From a virus: a stretch of DNA of 64,000 bases. The notes below the pieces were generated by a model, which was not told where the DNA came from, searched no databases, and saw nothing but the letters and a program-made list of their open reading frames with translations. The stretch is from the IMG/VR virus record IMGVR_UViG_3300042894_005670; one strand, given 5' to 3'. Numbering within the stretch: the first letter of the stretch is position 1; every line of letters begins with the position of its first letter. The position numbers were made by a program, and so were the translations under genes. Shown here piece by piece: positions 36,362 through 46,605 of the stretch.

Positions 36362-37152
36362 TTCGTATTTAATACACGTTCTTGCTCTAAAACTCTGATT
36401 AAATTGTCACTTATTTCTTCAGGCATAATGGGTCTAAGTATAACATACTGATCACCCAATCCAAAATTATTGGATAAACCATGACCACCTAACCTTAATG
36501 TTGCATTAGGTTTAGCTCTTGGTTGTATGCTGATTTCTAGTTCTTTACCATATATCGTTGGTACGATAATTAACGAACCTATGACTAAGTCAAAAATACT
36601 TATATCATAATTAAAATATAAATCTAACCCACGCCTTTCAAACAAAGGATGCCTATGTTGTCTATAAGTAACTTGAAGTGGTCCATCAGGCATTAACCCT
36701 TCATACTTAACAACACCACCATCGTCAATACCTTTTGGTATTTTCACTTCAAATAATTTCATACCTTGTGGTGTATTAATTTGCAAATTATGTTTATCAC
36801 CTGTGGCTATTTGTTCTAAAGTGACAAATACTGTAGCGGTATATACTCGCTGCTGCGGTGGTGCATGTGGATGCCTAAAGAATTGCCCAAAAATATCATG
36901 GATATTTTGTCCGAAATGAAACTCAAAACCACCTTGTTGTGGATTAAACCCATTAAATTGTGGTTGAGGATTGTCATAAACAGCACGTTTTTGTGGGTCA
37001 CTTAACGTGTCGTATGCTGCTTGTATAGTTTGAAAACGTGCAGTATCACCACCTCTGTCAGGATGGTGTTGACTTGCTAACTTACGATATGCTTTTTTAA
37101 TTTCATCAGGAGTAGCATTTTTTGCTACTCCTAACGTCTGATAATGATTCAT
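36358..37152 (-). CDS. dnaJ: DnaJ-class co-chaperone (type II, no Zn finger)
   Basis: J domain with HPD, G/F-rich linker, DnaJ C-terminal domain. Confidence 0.9.
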   Translation of the reverse strand: MNHYQTLGVAKNATPDEIKKAYRKLASQHHPDRGGDTARFQTIQAAYDTLSDPQKRAVYDNPQPQFNGFNPQQGGFEFHFGQNIHDIFGQFFRHPHAPPQQRVYTATVFVTLEQIATGDKHNLQINTPQGMKLFEVKIPKGIDDGGVVKYEGLMPDGPLQVTYRQHRHPLFERRGLDLYFNYDISIFDLVIGSLIIVPTIYGKELEISIQPRAKPNATLRLGGHGLSNNFGLGDQYVILRPIMPEEISDNLIRVLEQERVLNTK

Positions 37153-37166
37153 CAGATTATTTAATT

Positions 37167-37667
37167 CTATGCTTTTCCTGCAATTTTTTCTTGGCTACGT
37201 CCATATGCAGTTAAACCTAATACAGCACCCATAGCAATATGGTATAAACCTGCACCTTGTAAGGTAATTGGCATCCATTGACTATTAACTTGTCCATGGC
37301 TTAATGCTTGTAATACACTCCATAACACAGGAAATGCTACAAAATCAGCAAAACATGTGAGCATGTAAATAACACTCATCATGGGTCGCCAACGTTTATT
37401 AATCCAATCACCAAACTTATCATCGGTTTTGATCAATACGTCAGCAGGTCCGCTTTGCATTGCGCCGCCTGGGTTTTTAAGGATTTCTGCTTGATTTGCC
37501 TGTGGTGGTGCGCCCCATTGCATTGCTGCTTTTAAATCATGTGGATCATGCCATCCATCTGTCTTTATTTTAGGATCTTTAACTAAACGTTCATGTGCTT
37601 CATCATTCAGTGCAAAACCTCGCTCATCATCTGATCGCTGTGCTAATGTTATTGTTGTTATAGCCAT
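37167..37667 (-). CDS. Holin-like membrane protein
   Basis: WRP motif followed by TM helices; [11 protein letters not shown]-terminus. Confidence 0.6.
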   Translation of the reverse strand: MAITTITLAQRSDDERGFALNDEAHERLVKDPKIKTDGWHDPHDLKAAMQWGAPPQANQAEILKNPGGAMQSGPADVLIKTDDKFGDWINKRWRPMMSVIYMLTCFADFVAFPVLWSVLQALSHGQVNSQWMPITLQGAGLYHIAMGAVLGLTAYGRSQEKIAGKA

Positions 37668-37676
37668 AAGCTTTCC

Positions 37677-38219
37677 TTAAATTATACCTGCTTGACGTTG
37701 CATTTGTACAATATCAGCATCTTGTGTTTTATTTGTATTAGTTTCTAATCCTGCAATTGATCGCCACTCATTTAATTCATCTTGATGCTCTTGTTTATAT
37801 TCATTTGGTTTTAGTGCTAAATTATTTTCTAAAAATTCTTTTGATGCATCACCTGATTCGCCATTTAGCTTAATTGTCCACTGATCTAAAGTTAAACCTG
37901 TTAAAGTTTGTAAATCACTTAACAATTCTATAATATGTTTTGGTGCAAGTTTATTTCGCTCTAATTCAACAAAAACAATGTACTTACCTTGAGATACTTC
38001 ACTTGGGCTACGATCAGCATCTAAAACCCAATTGTATCCACGTTCAAACCATTCAACCAAATCATCTCCTGCATACTCATCTTTTACCGTAAAGTTTAAA
38101 GTAATAACATCACTATCTTCGCCTACAGTGGACTTGTATTGATCCACCCCTAACAATGGCAACATTAAATGTTCCATATCAAGATAACTCAAACTTTCAT
38201 TGATTTTTTCTTTTGTCAT
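37677..38219 (-). CDS. Hypothetical protein
   Basis: 180-aa ORF. Confidence 0.65.
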   Translation of the reverse strand: MTKEKINESLSYLDMEHLMLPLLGVDQYKSTVGEDSDVITLNFTVKDEYAGDDLVEWFERGYNWVLDADRSPSEVSQGKYIVFVELERNKLAPKHIIELLSDLQTLTGLTLDQWTIKLNGESGDASKEFLENNLALKPNEYKQEHQDELNEWRSIAGLETNTNKTQDADIVQMQRQAGII

Positions 38220-38836
38220 AGTGCAGGTTGTCCACTAGGTGGAGGTGGAGGCGGTGGTGGGGCTAAGCCACCGCCCCCAAATGGTGTAGGTTCTGCCATA
38301 GCATTATCACCATTGGTTTTTAATTCTTTTTTATCATAATCTTTTTGATATGCATCTTCTAAATCTTCAAGGTCAATAGCTTGTTCAGCGATATCTACAC
38401 TACCTTCACGTATATCATTCATTAATGATTTTGGTATAGTAATATTCACTAACCATACTGATTTTTTAGTTTTCTTAGGGTAATGAGTGCCTGGTTTGTA
38501 GTCCATAGGCTCTTTAATTTCAACAGGTACTTCAACAGTTGTTTTTTTAAATTTAACCTTACATCCTAGGGTAATCAAACGTTTGCCACCACGTGGATCA
38601 GGCATTAACGAGTTAGGCCACATGAAGGTGCATGAAACAAGATATTTGCTTATAACAGGACCATCAACCAATTCACCCATTTTCCAATTCTTGTATGCAT
38701 ACACATCTGCTTCATCTACTACACGTTCAAAATCTAAAAGTGTAGCCATAGTACCATCACTTGTCATGATACCTTTTACGTTATTTACAATGTCAACCCA
38801 CTCTAGTGAATCTAAGAATGTATCTTTCTTAGGCAT
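38216..38836 (-). CDS. Hypothetical protein with poly-Pro C-terminus
   Basis: Start moved to MPKKDT (GGAAGAGG RBS, TAAATA upstream). Confidence 0.65.
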   Translation of the reverse strand: MPKKDTFLDSLEWVDIVNNVKGIMTSDGTMATLLDFERVVDEADVYAYKNWKMGELVDGPVISKYLVSCTFMWPNSLMPDPRGGKRLITLGCKVKFKKTTVEVPVEIKEPMDYKPGTHYPKKTKKSVWLVNITIPKSLMNDIREGSVDIAEQAIDLEDLEDAYQKDYDKKELKTNGDNAMAEPTPFGGGGLAPPPPPPPPSGQPAL

Positions 38837-39013
38837 AATCCTCTTCCATGTAATTATATTTATCTTTAATATCGTTAAGTGAGTTAAACAAAATTTACAA
38901 CACAGTTTATTATTTATATTATTCATGTGCAAAAAACACACCTAGTAATATAAATTATAATCTATTTAAATACAGTTGAGCGCAATGCTCGATACACATA
39001 AGGAGTGATAACT

Positions 39014-39790
39014 TTGAGTCGTAGAAAAAACTCGGCAATCCGAAAAGAGCAAGAAAAATATACTAAACAAATGACTAAAAACGATACACAGACACACTAC
39101 AGAAAACATGAAAATACGATAGAATTTAATCCACAACGACAAAGACGTGCAATAAATCTCATACCAAAGAGCATTAATCAAGAAAATTATATACTAGCAC
39201 TTTGTGATGATAGTATCAACGTTGTAGTTGGTGCAGGTCCTGCAGGTACAGGAAAAACTTATCTTGCCACACTTGCTGCTATACAAGCATTACGCAGTAA
39301 ACAATGTGAACGAATAATTTTAACACGCCCTGCGATTACAGTGGATGATGAAAAACACGGGTTTTTACCTGGCGATCTTAACCAAAAAATGGAACCTTGG
39401 ACAAGACCATTGCTAGATGTGTTTCGTGAATTCTATCATGTTAAAGAAATTGAACACATGTTAGCTGAACAAATCATAGAAATATCACCCTTAGCATTTA
39501 TGCGTGGTAGAACATTTAAAAATGCGTACGTGATATTAGATGAAGCACAAAATGCCACACCAAGTCAATTTAAAATGTTGTTAACACGTATTGGTGATAA
39601 TAGCAAAATAGTTTTGGTTGGGGATACTGATCAAGCAGATAGAAAACGTTCAGATAATGGGTTATTGGATTTACAACATAGATTAAGTATGTATCCAATT
39701 CCAAGCTTAATTGTATGTAAGTTTGACGAACGTGATATTCAAAGACACAGTATTATTGAACATGTATTGTTGGCATACAAGACATTATAA
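39014..39790 (+). CDS. phoH: PhoH-like ATPase
   Basis: GPAGTGKT, LTRP, GFLPGD, MRGRTF, LDEAQN, TRIG, GD..Q; TTG start 8 nt after AGGAG. Confidence 0.95.
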   Translation: MSRRKNSAIRKEQEKYTKQMTKNDTQTHYRKHENTIEFNPQRQRRAINLIPKSINQENYILALCDDSINVVVGAGPAGTGKTYLATLAAIQALRSKQCERIILTRPAITVDDEKHGFLPGDLNQKMEPWTRPLLDVFREFYHVKEIEHMLAEQIIEISPLAFMRGRTFKNAYVILDEAQNATPSQFKMLLTRIGDNSKIVLVGDTDQADRKRSDNGLLDLQHRLSMYPIPSLIVCKFDERDIQRHSIIEHVLLAYKTL

Positions 39791-39820
39791 CTTAAAACCC
39801 GCTTAGTCGGGTTTTAAGTT
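39789..39820. terminator. Terminator after phoH
   Basis: Perfect 13-bp inverted repeat AACTTAAAACCCG/CGGGTTTTAAGTT. Confidence 0.8.
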
Positions 39821-39904
39821 TGTACTTACTTAGTGATAAATAAAGATGTGGTTCACGAGCCTCGGAAACTCCAACCACTCTAACGCTATTAAGGAGCAAT
39901 CAGC

Positions 39905-40534
39905 ATGGGTATTTATACCATATACAGAGCACGAAATACAGTGACTAATTTATCCTATATAGGATTCACTTCTAATTCACTAAAACGTCGAAAAATAACT
40001 CATAAACACAAAGCATTAATAAAACAACAAAAATCTAAATTTTATAATGCTATTCGTGAATACGGATGGGATTCATTTGAATGGATTGAATTATATCAAG
40101 CTAAAGAAGATTGTCTCCCAAATAACTCACATACCTTATCCGTAATGGAAAATTATTTCATACAAGAACACGATTCAATTAATAATGGTTACAACTCAGT
40201 AAATGGAGGAGGTTTATATCCAATTTTGATTGGTGGTCAAAATCCAATGTTTGGAAAAAAGCACAACGAACAATCAAAAAAATTAATGAAAGAAAATCGT
40301 AAAAAAACTTTTGGAAAAAATCATCACATGTATGTAGTAAAACGAACAGAAGAATGGTTAAATAAAAACGCAAGGGGTAAAAATCACCCAATGTTTGGGA
40401 AACATCATACGAAAGAATCAATACTTGCTATAAAATCAGCAGTTACAAAATGTGAATATTGTGGTATAGAAACAATTAATGGGAATTACAAACGTTGGCA
40501 TGGTAATAATTGTAAGTTTAAACCCCAACAATGA
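39905..40534 (+). mobile_element. Free-standing GIY-YIG homing endonuclease with NUMOD3 repeats
   Basis: IYTIY...YIG.T..R...H...E...NGYN; NPMFGKKH-type repeats. Confidence 0.88.
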
Positions 40535-41108
40535 TCTCATAAATTTCTTTCCAATTCTTAACACGTGGCACAAGTGGGTTATCATATCCCATATTGTGTC
40601 CGTGTTCCATAAGAAGTGGTTTTAAACCAACCTTTAATCCTGCTTGGCAGTTGGCATACTTATCTTCTATCCAAAAATATCCACTGTCTTTATATTTGAC
40701 AAGTTCATCATCTTTATCTGCTCCTGTATCAAGGCAGATAATTTCCTCAAATACAGTGTTACCAAATAGCTTTTCAAGGTTCATTTTACGCAATTTTTGT
40801 GCGTTTTTATCTAAACTTAACGATGTGATAGCATGAAAAACAAATCCATGCTCCTCATGTAACTTTTTAACATAATGTATAGCATCACGTAGCGGAGGTA
40901 AAAAACCAATGGCTGCTGATTCATTAAAAATCTTAATTAATCGTTTTCCATCTTCTTTGTCAATACCGTAACGCTTACCAATGTTATATTCAAATTGAGA
41001 ACCCTCTAGTTTCTTATGTCCGTGTTCTTGCATCCAACAATCGAAAGCATATTCCCAATTACACAATACACCATCAACATCAACCAAGATCAAATTATTA
41101 TCTGTCAA
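40518..41108 (-). CDS. HAD-family phosphatase/nucleotidase
   Basis: LVDVDGVL, ITS, K, WIEDK. Confidence 0.8.
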   Translation of the reverse strand: MTDNNLILVDVDGVLCNWEYAFDCWMQEHGHKKLEGSQFEYNIGKRYGIDKEDGKRLIKIFNESAAIGFLPPLRDAIHYVKKLHEEHGFVFHAITSLSLDKNAQKLRKMNLEKLFGNTVFEEIICLDTGADKDDELVKYKDSGYFWIEDKYANCQAGLKVGLKPLLMEHGHNMGYDNPLVPRVKNWKEIYEIIVGV

Positions 41109-41131
41109 GATTATTCCCTCACTAAAAACTT

Positions 41132-41160
41132 ATTATACCACAAGTTAATCAGTTTGTCAA
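41132..41160 (-). promoter_or_regulatory. Consensus sigma70 promoter
   Basis: TTGACA-17 nt-TATAAT with TG extended -10. Confidence 0.85.
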
Positions 41161-41411
41161 TTCTTTACTGCTGCTGCCGATAACTGTGTGATAAGTTCAG
41201 GGTATATTTTTTTGTAGTAATCATTTAGTAAATCAAAAGTAGTTTCAACCCTTTTACCTTCAATAATACACTTTACCACTTTTTGGTCTTTATAATCAAC
41301 GATAACATTACAAGTTTCAAGGTCTTTATCACGTACCTTTTTAGAAAACCCAACTTGTTCGTCAATTTGACCACCTGATTTACGCATATAGGTAATCAAT
41401 AGGTATCTCAT
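41157..41411 (-). CDS. Hypothetical protein
   Basis: 84-aa ORF, coupled. Confidence 0.6.
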   Translation of the reverse strand: MRYLLITYMRKSGGQIDEQVGFSKKVRDKDLETCNVIVDYKDQKVVKCIIEGKRVETTFDLLNDYYKKIYPELITQLSAAAVKN

Positions 41412-41680
41412 ACTTTTTTCTTCTTTGTAGCTTTAGCTTTTTTAGTTGGTGCTTCAACCACAGCACCCTCGTACCCAGGATGATACGGAGCTTCTTCAAC
41501 AAGTTTGGTTCTATGGTGTTCAGCCATAGCATCATTTATGTGCGTACGTAATTGTTCCCAATCAATAATAAAATCTACACGACCATCACCATGTATAGTA
41601 CGGGTAGAATAATGCCCTACAGTAATACTTTCTAGGTCTTTTTGTGGTTCAGTTTTTTTAGTTTTAGCTTTAGTTGCCAT
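41408..41680 (-). CDS. Hypothetical protein
   Basis: 90-aa ORF, GGAG RBS. Confidence 0.6.
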   Translation of the reverse strand: MATKAKTKKTEPQKDLESITVGHYSTRTIHGDGRVDFIIDWEQLRTHINDAMAEHHRTKLVEEAPYHPGYEGAVVEAPTKKAKATKKKKV

Positions 41681-41693
41681 ATTAGTTCTCCAA

Positions 41694-42629
41694 TTATGAT
41701 GCTGTTAGTTCAATGAGTGTGGCTGATAAATTAATTTCAGGTATACCAACAAGCGATAGATTTGCTAAACCATTTCTAATAATAATGATTGCGGTATCTT
41801 TTTGACTTTGTGTTTTACCCCATAAATCAAGATGGTCATATAACCATTTGTAAATCGATTCAATCCTTGATGGGTTAAAGCTTAAGAATTGTAATAATAG
41901 TTTTCTACCTTCAAGTATATTACCACTCTTAAATGCTTGTGCTACTTCTAATAAAGCAGCGTCTTGATCACTTTCATCAAGTGTTGATTTTTGTAATTCA
42001 CCACTTGTGCTATTGGTTTGTAACTGATTTAAGCATTTACGTAAATCAGGATATGTTTGGTGAACATAATGTTCAAGAACATCAATAGAAAACTGTATAT
42101 TTTCAGCCATTAATACAGTAGCAGCACGTGCAGTAAACTCAGTATAATCAGGTTTTGATATGTGCATTTTTACGCAACGTGATTCACGTAGCGCAGGAAT
42201 TACACGGTATTCATAATTACAGGTTAAAATAAATCGTACAGTTGACGCATAAGTTTCCATATCATTGCGTAAACTTGCTTGTGCATCACGTGTTAGATAA
42301 TCTGCCTCATCAAGTAGTACAATTTTAAAAGTGCCAAATGGCATTGTTTCAACAAAACTATGAATTTTTGTACGTACGTTATCTACACTGTTTTCACGTG
42401 ATGCATTAATTTCAAGTACATCAAACTCATTAATGTTAAGTTCATGAATGAGGATTTTAGCAAGCGTTGTTTTACCTGTACCTGGCTCGCCACTGAACAA
42501 CAAATGTGGGATAATACCCTCAGCAATCCATCCTTCTATTTGTGATTGTTGATTAGTATTAACAAAAACATAGTCATTAATTGTTTTAGGACGGTATTTT
42601 TCTGTCCATAATTTATCTTGTAGTATCAT
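41694..42629 (-). CDS. Clamp loader ATPase subunit (T4 gp44/RFC-like)
   Basis: WTEKYRP, GEPGTGKT, INAS, LLDEAD, ILTCN, SRC, PDLRK. Confidence 0.92.
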   Translation of the reverse strand: MILQDKLWTEKYRPKTINDYVFVNTNQQSQIEGWIAEGIIPHLLFSGEPGTGKTTLAKILIHELNINEFDVLEINASRENSVDNVRTKIHSFVETMPFGTFKIVLLDEADYLTRDAQASLRNDMETYASTVRFILTCNYEYRVIPALRESRCVKMHISKPDYTEFTARAATVLMAENIQFSIDVLEHYVHQTYPDLRKCLNQLQTNSTSGELQKSTLDESDQDAALLEVAQAFKSGNILEGRKLLLQFLSFNPSRIESIYKWLYDHLDLWGKTQSQKDTAIIIIRNGLANLSLVGIPEINLSATLIELTAS

Positions 42630-42922
42630 CGTGTAAGCATATTAATTGTGATAATTCTTGCTAAAAAGTCAGATAAATCCTGATTTTCCGTTACAATATG
42701 TAATTCATTCATCCATTCGTCAGTTTTTTTATCGAAATGTCTAACCTCAATAATCATACCACCTGATGCGTAATAAACACAAAAATTTAGACTTTTTCGC
42801 CTATCTAAATCAACTTCAGATCTACCACTAGAGATTGGCTGTATCGATTCTTTTGATGCTCTAATTTCATGTTTAGTTTTTTCTAATCTTGTGTTAAACC
42901 ATTTAAAAAAGAAATTTAACAT
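42626..42922 (-). CDS. Hypothetical protein
   Basis: 98-aa ORF, coupled. Confidence 0.6.
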   Translation of the reverse strand: MLNFFFKWFNTRLEKTKHEIRASKESIQPISSGRSEVDLDRRKSLNFCVYYASGGMIIEVRHFDKKTDEWMNELHIVTENQDLSDFLARIITINMLTR

Positions 42923-42923
42923 A

Positions 42924-44078
42924 TTATACCTTTAAAAATTTATTAATATCAAATCCTAATCCATTGATATTTTGTTTCCATGAATAAGGTCCCCATGAAC
43001 CATAATCAGTAGATAAGTTACCACCTGTATCATCGATGTTGGCAATAACTTTTTCTTTGAAAAAATTATCTACAGATAAATTTTTTATTGCTTGTTTTCC
43101 TTTAAGTTTAGCCATTTTCCAAAACTCAGTCTTAAAAATTGACCCATGATAATAATGAAAACCTATCATATTTTCAATAGACTGAAGTTCTTTAGTATAG
43201 AAAAAATTAATATCAAAAATTCTTGCATCAAAAGCTAAGTGGTCAAAAGTTAAACGATTAATAACGTCCATCGTACTAATTGAGGTTGCTTCTAATGGTT
43301 CTAAAAAGAATGAAGCATTACCATTATAACATACTCTTTCTGTAAAATTTTCTTTACGATAATAATTATTAAAAGAAAAAGAATTAGTCATGTCACTTGG
43401 TGTTAGGTTGTAATCCTCAAAAACGCTTTCAACATCTTTTTTAATTTCATCTAATGAATTTAATTGATTATTATATAAGTATCCTACTGAACATCTATTT
43501 TGCAAAGGTATAACAAAAACCCAACCATATTTTCTTGCAACTGTTCCCGTATAAAAAAACTTTGGTCTATCCCACAAGCACTGCGTTACGTGTACTGAAT
43601 TTACAGGAATGCGATCAGACAATGTAAAATCTTCATAAGTTTGTGGTTTGCCTGTACAATCCATAATATAATCAGCATCAATATCATCATAAGAAATAAT
43701 ATTTGACTGATGTATAGTAAGTTTTTTATTTTTTTGTGCTTCCCGTAAAATAAATTCTTGTAACTTTAAAGCGTTGAAGTGAAATGAAATGTCAGGGGGT
43801 GGGAAAAAATGAGTATACTCTTTTCCTTTCGACCAATTTTGTTTTTTAATGCCATGCTTATAAGTACCATCGATTTCATTAGCTAGCATGTCGTAATTAA
43901 AACGACAAAATTTAAAAAGTAATCGAGGTAAATTTAAAGTACTACCTTCACCCACTGCTTGTGTTGGTATAGATTCATCAAAATACCAATCTATCTCATA
44001 ATCTGAATAACTTATAAAATGTGCTACTGCTAAAGCACCTGCCGTTCCACGACCAACTATAGCTAATTTTTTACTCAC
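42924..44078 (-). CDS. Tryptophan halogenase-like flavoprotein, copy 2
   Basis: VGRGTAG, VGEGST, YKHGI...NW, DCTG, GWVFVIP, FLEPLEAT. Confidence 0.8.
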   Translation of the reverse strand: MSKKLAIVGRGTAGALAVAHFISYSDYEIDWYFDESIPTQAVGEGSTLNLPRLLFKFCRFNYDMLANEIDGTYKHGIKKQNWSKGKEYTHFFPPPDISFHFNALKLQEFILREAQKNKKLTIHQSNIISYDDIDADYIMDCTGKPQTYEDFTLSDRIPVNSVHVTQCLWDRPKFFYTGTVARKYGWVFVIPLQNRCSVGYLYNNQLNSLDEIKKDVESVFEDYNLTPSDMTNSFSFNNYYRKENFTERVCYNGNASFFLEPLEATSISTMDVINRLTFDHLAFDARIFDINFFYTKELQSIENMIGFHYYHGSIFKTEFWKMAKLKGKQAIKNLSVDNFFKEKVIANIDDTGGNLSTDYGSWGPYSWKQNINGLGFDINKFLKV

Positions 44079-45246
44079 TTTGTAAATCCTTTGGATTAAT
44101 ACCCAAATTTATCAAATTTTGCCACCATGAATAGGCATCCCATGATCCAAAATTGTTTTTATTTAATGTAATATGTTTTGGTATTTTATTTTCTTCATAC
44201 TTTATAACATCTTTTAAACATGCTTGAAACTTAGGGTGATTTTTAAGCATGTTTAAAGATGATTGACCTTTTTCTTTTGCCATTTTCCAAAATTTAGTAT
44301 TAAACTTAGAACCTTGACTGTAATGCATTGAAATCATTAACTCAATTTGAGTAATATTATTAAAATAGTGAAAGTTACATTCATCTAAACTCATATTATC
44401 GTACAGATGATCGTAAACCAAACGTGAACATTGATTAACAAAAACAAAAGAAGTTGCCTCTAAAGGTTCTAAAAAGAATGATGCATTACCATTGTATGCA
44501 ACTCTTTTAGTAAAATTTTCTTTCTTAAAATAATTTTGAAATTGAAAAGCATTTGTTTTGTCACTTGGTGTTAATTTTAATTCTTTAAAAACATTGGTAA
44601 CATCTTTTTTAACTTCATCTAAAGAACTTGTTTGTGGGTTATACAAATAACCTACTGAACAACGTTTTTGTAATGGTATACCAAAAACCCATCCATGTTT
44701 TCTAGCCATTGTCACCGTATATTCAAATTCAGGTTTATCCCAATAACATTGAGTAACATATACTGCGTTTACAGGAATAAATTTACATATGTGAAAATCT
44801 TCATAATTTTCAGGTCTACCTGAGCAATCAATAATGTAATCAGCATCAATGTCATCATGCGAATTTACATGTTGATCATATATCTTTAATCTAGGATTAT
44901 CTTTAATTTTATCATGAATAAGTTTTTGCAAAGCTATTGCATCAAAATGCATTGCTATATGGGGTGGGTAAAACCAATGATTAAAATCATGATTGTGTTT
45001 ACCCCAATTGTACTTTCTAATAGCGTACTTATAATTTCCACCTATATTTTTAAGGTCATTGTAAGTAAAATCAATAGTTTGTCTTAAATTTCCAGGTAAT
45101 ACAAGCGTACTGCCTTCTCCTACAGCTTGTGTAGGTATATTGGGGTCAAAATACCAATCAATTTCATCATTTGTAAAATTTAAAAAGTGAGCAGCATTTA
45201 CAGCACCTGCAGTGCCACGCCCAACAATCGCAAGCTTTTTTTTCAT
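44071..45246 (-). CDS. Tryptophan halogenase-like flavoprotein, copy 1
   Basis: VGRGTAG, VGEGST, YKYAI...NW, DCSG, GWVFGIP, FLEPLEAT. Confidence 0.8.
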   Translation of the reverse strand: MKKKLAIVGRGTAGAVNAAHFLNFTNDEIDWYFDPNIPTQAVGEGSTLVLPGNLRQTIDFTYNDLKNIGGNYKYAIRKYNWGKHNHDFNHWFYPPHIAMHFDAIALQKLIHDKIKDNPRLKIYDQHVNSHDDIDADYIIDCSGRPENYEDFHICKFIPVNAVYVTQCYWDKPEFEYTVTMARKHGWVFGIPLQKRCSVGYLYNPQTSSLDEVKKDVTNVFKELKLTPSDKTNAFQFQNYFKKENFTKRVAYNGNASFFLEPLEATSFVFVNQCSRLVYDHLYDNMSLDECNFHYFNNITQIELMISMHYSQGSKFNTKFWKMAKEKGQSSLNMLKNHPKFQACLKDVIKYEENKIPKHITLNKNNFGSWDAYSWWQNLINLGINPKDLQSE

Positions 45247-45674
45247 TAATCTTCTAATTTTTCAATTTTTAATTCACTATCAGTCCAACATTCAGTTTCA
45301 GTTTGAACCCATCCTTCAGACTCCCACCCATCGTAAGAATCCTCATCCCATAATTCACTCATTCTTTCTTGCTCTTGTTCATCCATATCATCAGGATATT
45401 CAACATCAGCATACCATCCATCATCTAATGAATATAGTTCAGAATCTTCAATGTTGTTGTCATGACAATTATACATGTCAATACTATCTTCAACTTCATT
45501 ACCTAATGGGTTACGCACACGGATAAATTGTGGTTCTTCATCGTCGCTTGTAGTTACATCCCATGTACCCCAACGATAACCTGTTACACGAATAATAGTT
45601 TTTCCATCTTTTACCCAATATTCGTGTTCTTCTACAGATTTTTTACTTAAAGTAGATACTCGCCAAGTAGCCAT
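45246..45674 (-). CDS. Acidic hypothetical protein
   Basis: 142-aa ORF. Confidence 0.65.
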   Translation of the reverse strand: MATWRVSTLSKKSVEEHEYWVKDGKTIIRVTGYRWGTWDVTTSDDEEPQFIRVRNPLGNEVEDSIDMYNCHDNNIEDSELYSLDDGWYADVEYPDDMDEQEQERMSELWDEDSYDGWESEGWVQTETECWTDSELKIEKLED

Positions 45675-45676
45675 AG

Positions 45677-45889
45677 TTACTGACGCTCCAACTCAGTAGC
45701 TTCCTTAATTAATACGCATAACTCTTCAACCGTAGATACCATAATTTTAGCCTGTGTCCAAGTATCAGTAAAATCTTGTCCACCTATTTCTAACATAAAC
45801 CCGTTATCATACATGTTTATGGTAAAACTATCATTGACTGTTTTCATTTTATCTGCAATTTTCTTAACTGCAACTTTTGGCTTAGACAT
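45677..45889 (-). CDS. Hypothetical protein
   Basis: 70-aa ORF. Confidence 0.6.
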   Translation of the reverse strand: MSKPKVAVKKIADKMKTVNDSFTINMYDNGFMLEIGGQDFTDTWTQAKIMVSTVEELCVLIKEATELERQ

Positions 45890-45898
45890 ATAATATCC

Positions 45899-46264
45899 TT
45901 AAATTGTTTTATCGCCCATGGTTTCATCCATGACAGGTTCATCGCTTAATGCTAAAATGTCATTATTGTCAACACGACGAACAATGTGTTCACCATGTTC
46001 ATCTTCAATCCTAATACCACGTGTCCAACGACCATGTGCTACTAAGACATATTGACCTACTTTAATTTCTTTTTGCTCAGAACCAACCGCATATACTTTA
46101 CCCCAACGTGGTCTAATACCACTGTTTTTTCCATCATCACTTACAATGACCAAACCACTTGAGGTTTTTCTTTCTTCAAAATTCATATCTGAAACAATAA
46201 CTCCATCATGTAGCGGAGTTAGTTTTTTGATTTTATGTGCCTGAAATAAGTAACTTGATTCCAT
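45899..46264 (-). CDS. groES: GroES-like co-chaperonin
   Basis: PLHD.VIV, E.KTSSGLVI mobile loop, GKVYAVG, IKVGQ.V, DILA. Confidence 0.85.
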   Translation of the reverse strand: MESSYLFQAHKIKKLTPLHDGVIVSDMNFEERKTSSGLVIVSDDGKNSGIRPRWGKVYAVGSEQKEIKVGQYVLVAHGRWTRGIRIEDEHGEHIVRRVDNNDILALSDEPVMDETMGDKTI

Positions 46265-46272
46265 ATTTTCCT

Positions 46273-46596
46273 TTATTTTTTAAGTTTGGGATCCCAATCA
46301 TCATCATAACTTGTAAACTCTTTATCAAGTTCAGATTGTGCAACAACCTGATTAGGTGCTTGCTCAACTGTTGATGTTGGATGTGAAACCCTATTAATTT
46401 TCTTACCTGACTGCATAGTTTTATTATACATACTACTTACACGTCTAGTAGCATCATTAATAACACGATTATGTGAATCAATAATGTCACCACGTGCATT
46501 CACGTTCATATTACCAACTGCACGAGTACGCTCATTTTTAGCAATCAATGCATTCATATCTAACATTTTTCCTGCTGCTGTTTTACGTTGTACCAT
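46273..46596 (-). CDS. Hypothetical protein (AVGNMNVNARGD motif)
   Basis: 107-aa ORF. Confidence 0.65.
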   Translation of the reverse strand: MVQRKTAAGKMLDMNALIAKNERTRAVGNMNVNARGDIIDSHNRVINDATRRVSSMYNKTMQSGKKINRVSHPTSTVEQAPNQVVAQSELDKEFTSYDDDWDPKLKK

Positions 46597-46605
46597 TTTT
46601 TTCTC

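Noticed and set aside
38234-38280. GC-rich poly-Pro/Gly tract as a regulatory repeat
   Set aside because: Explained by the encoded GGGGLAPPPPPPPP tail with mixed codons.
38850-39013. Pho box upstream of phoH
   Set aside because: No convincing CTGTCAT 11-bp-period repeats; only TAAATA and a small hairpin.
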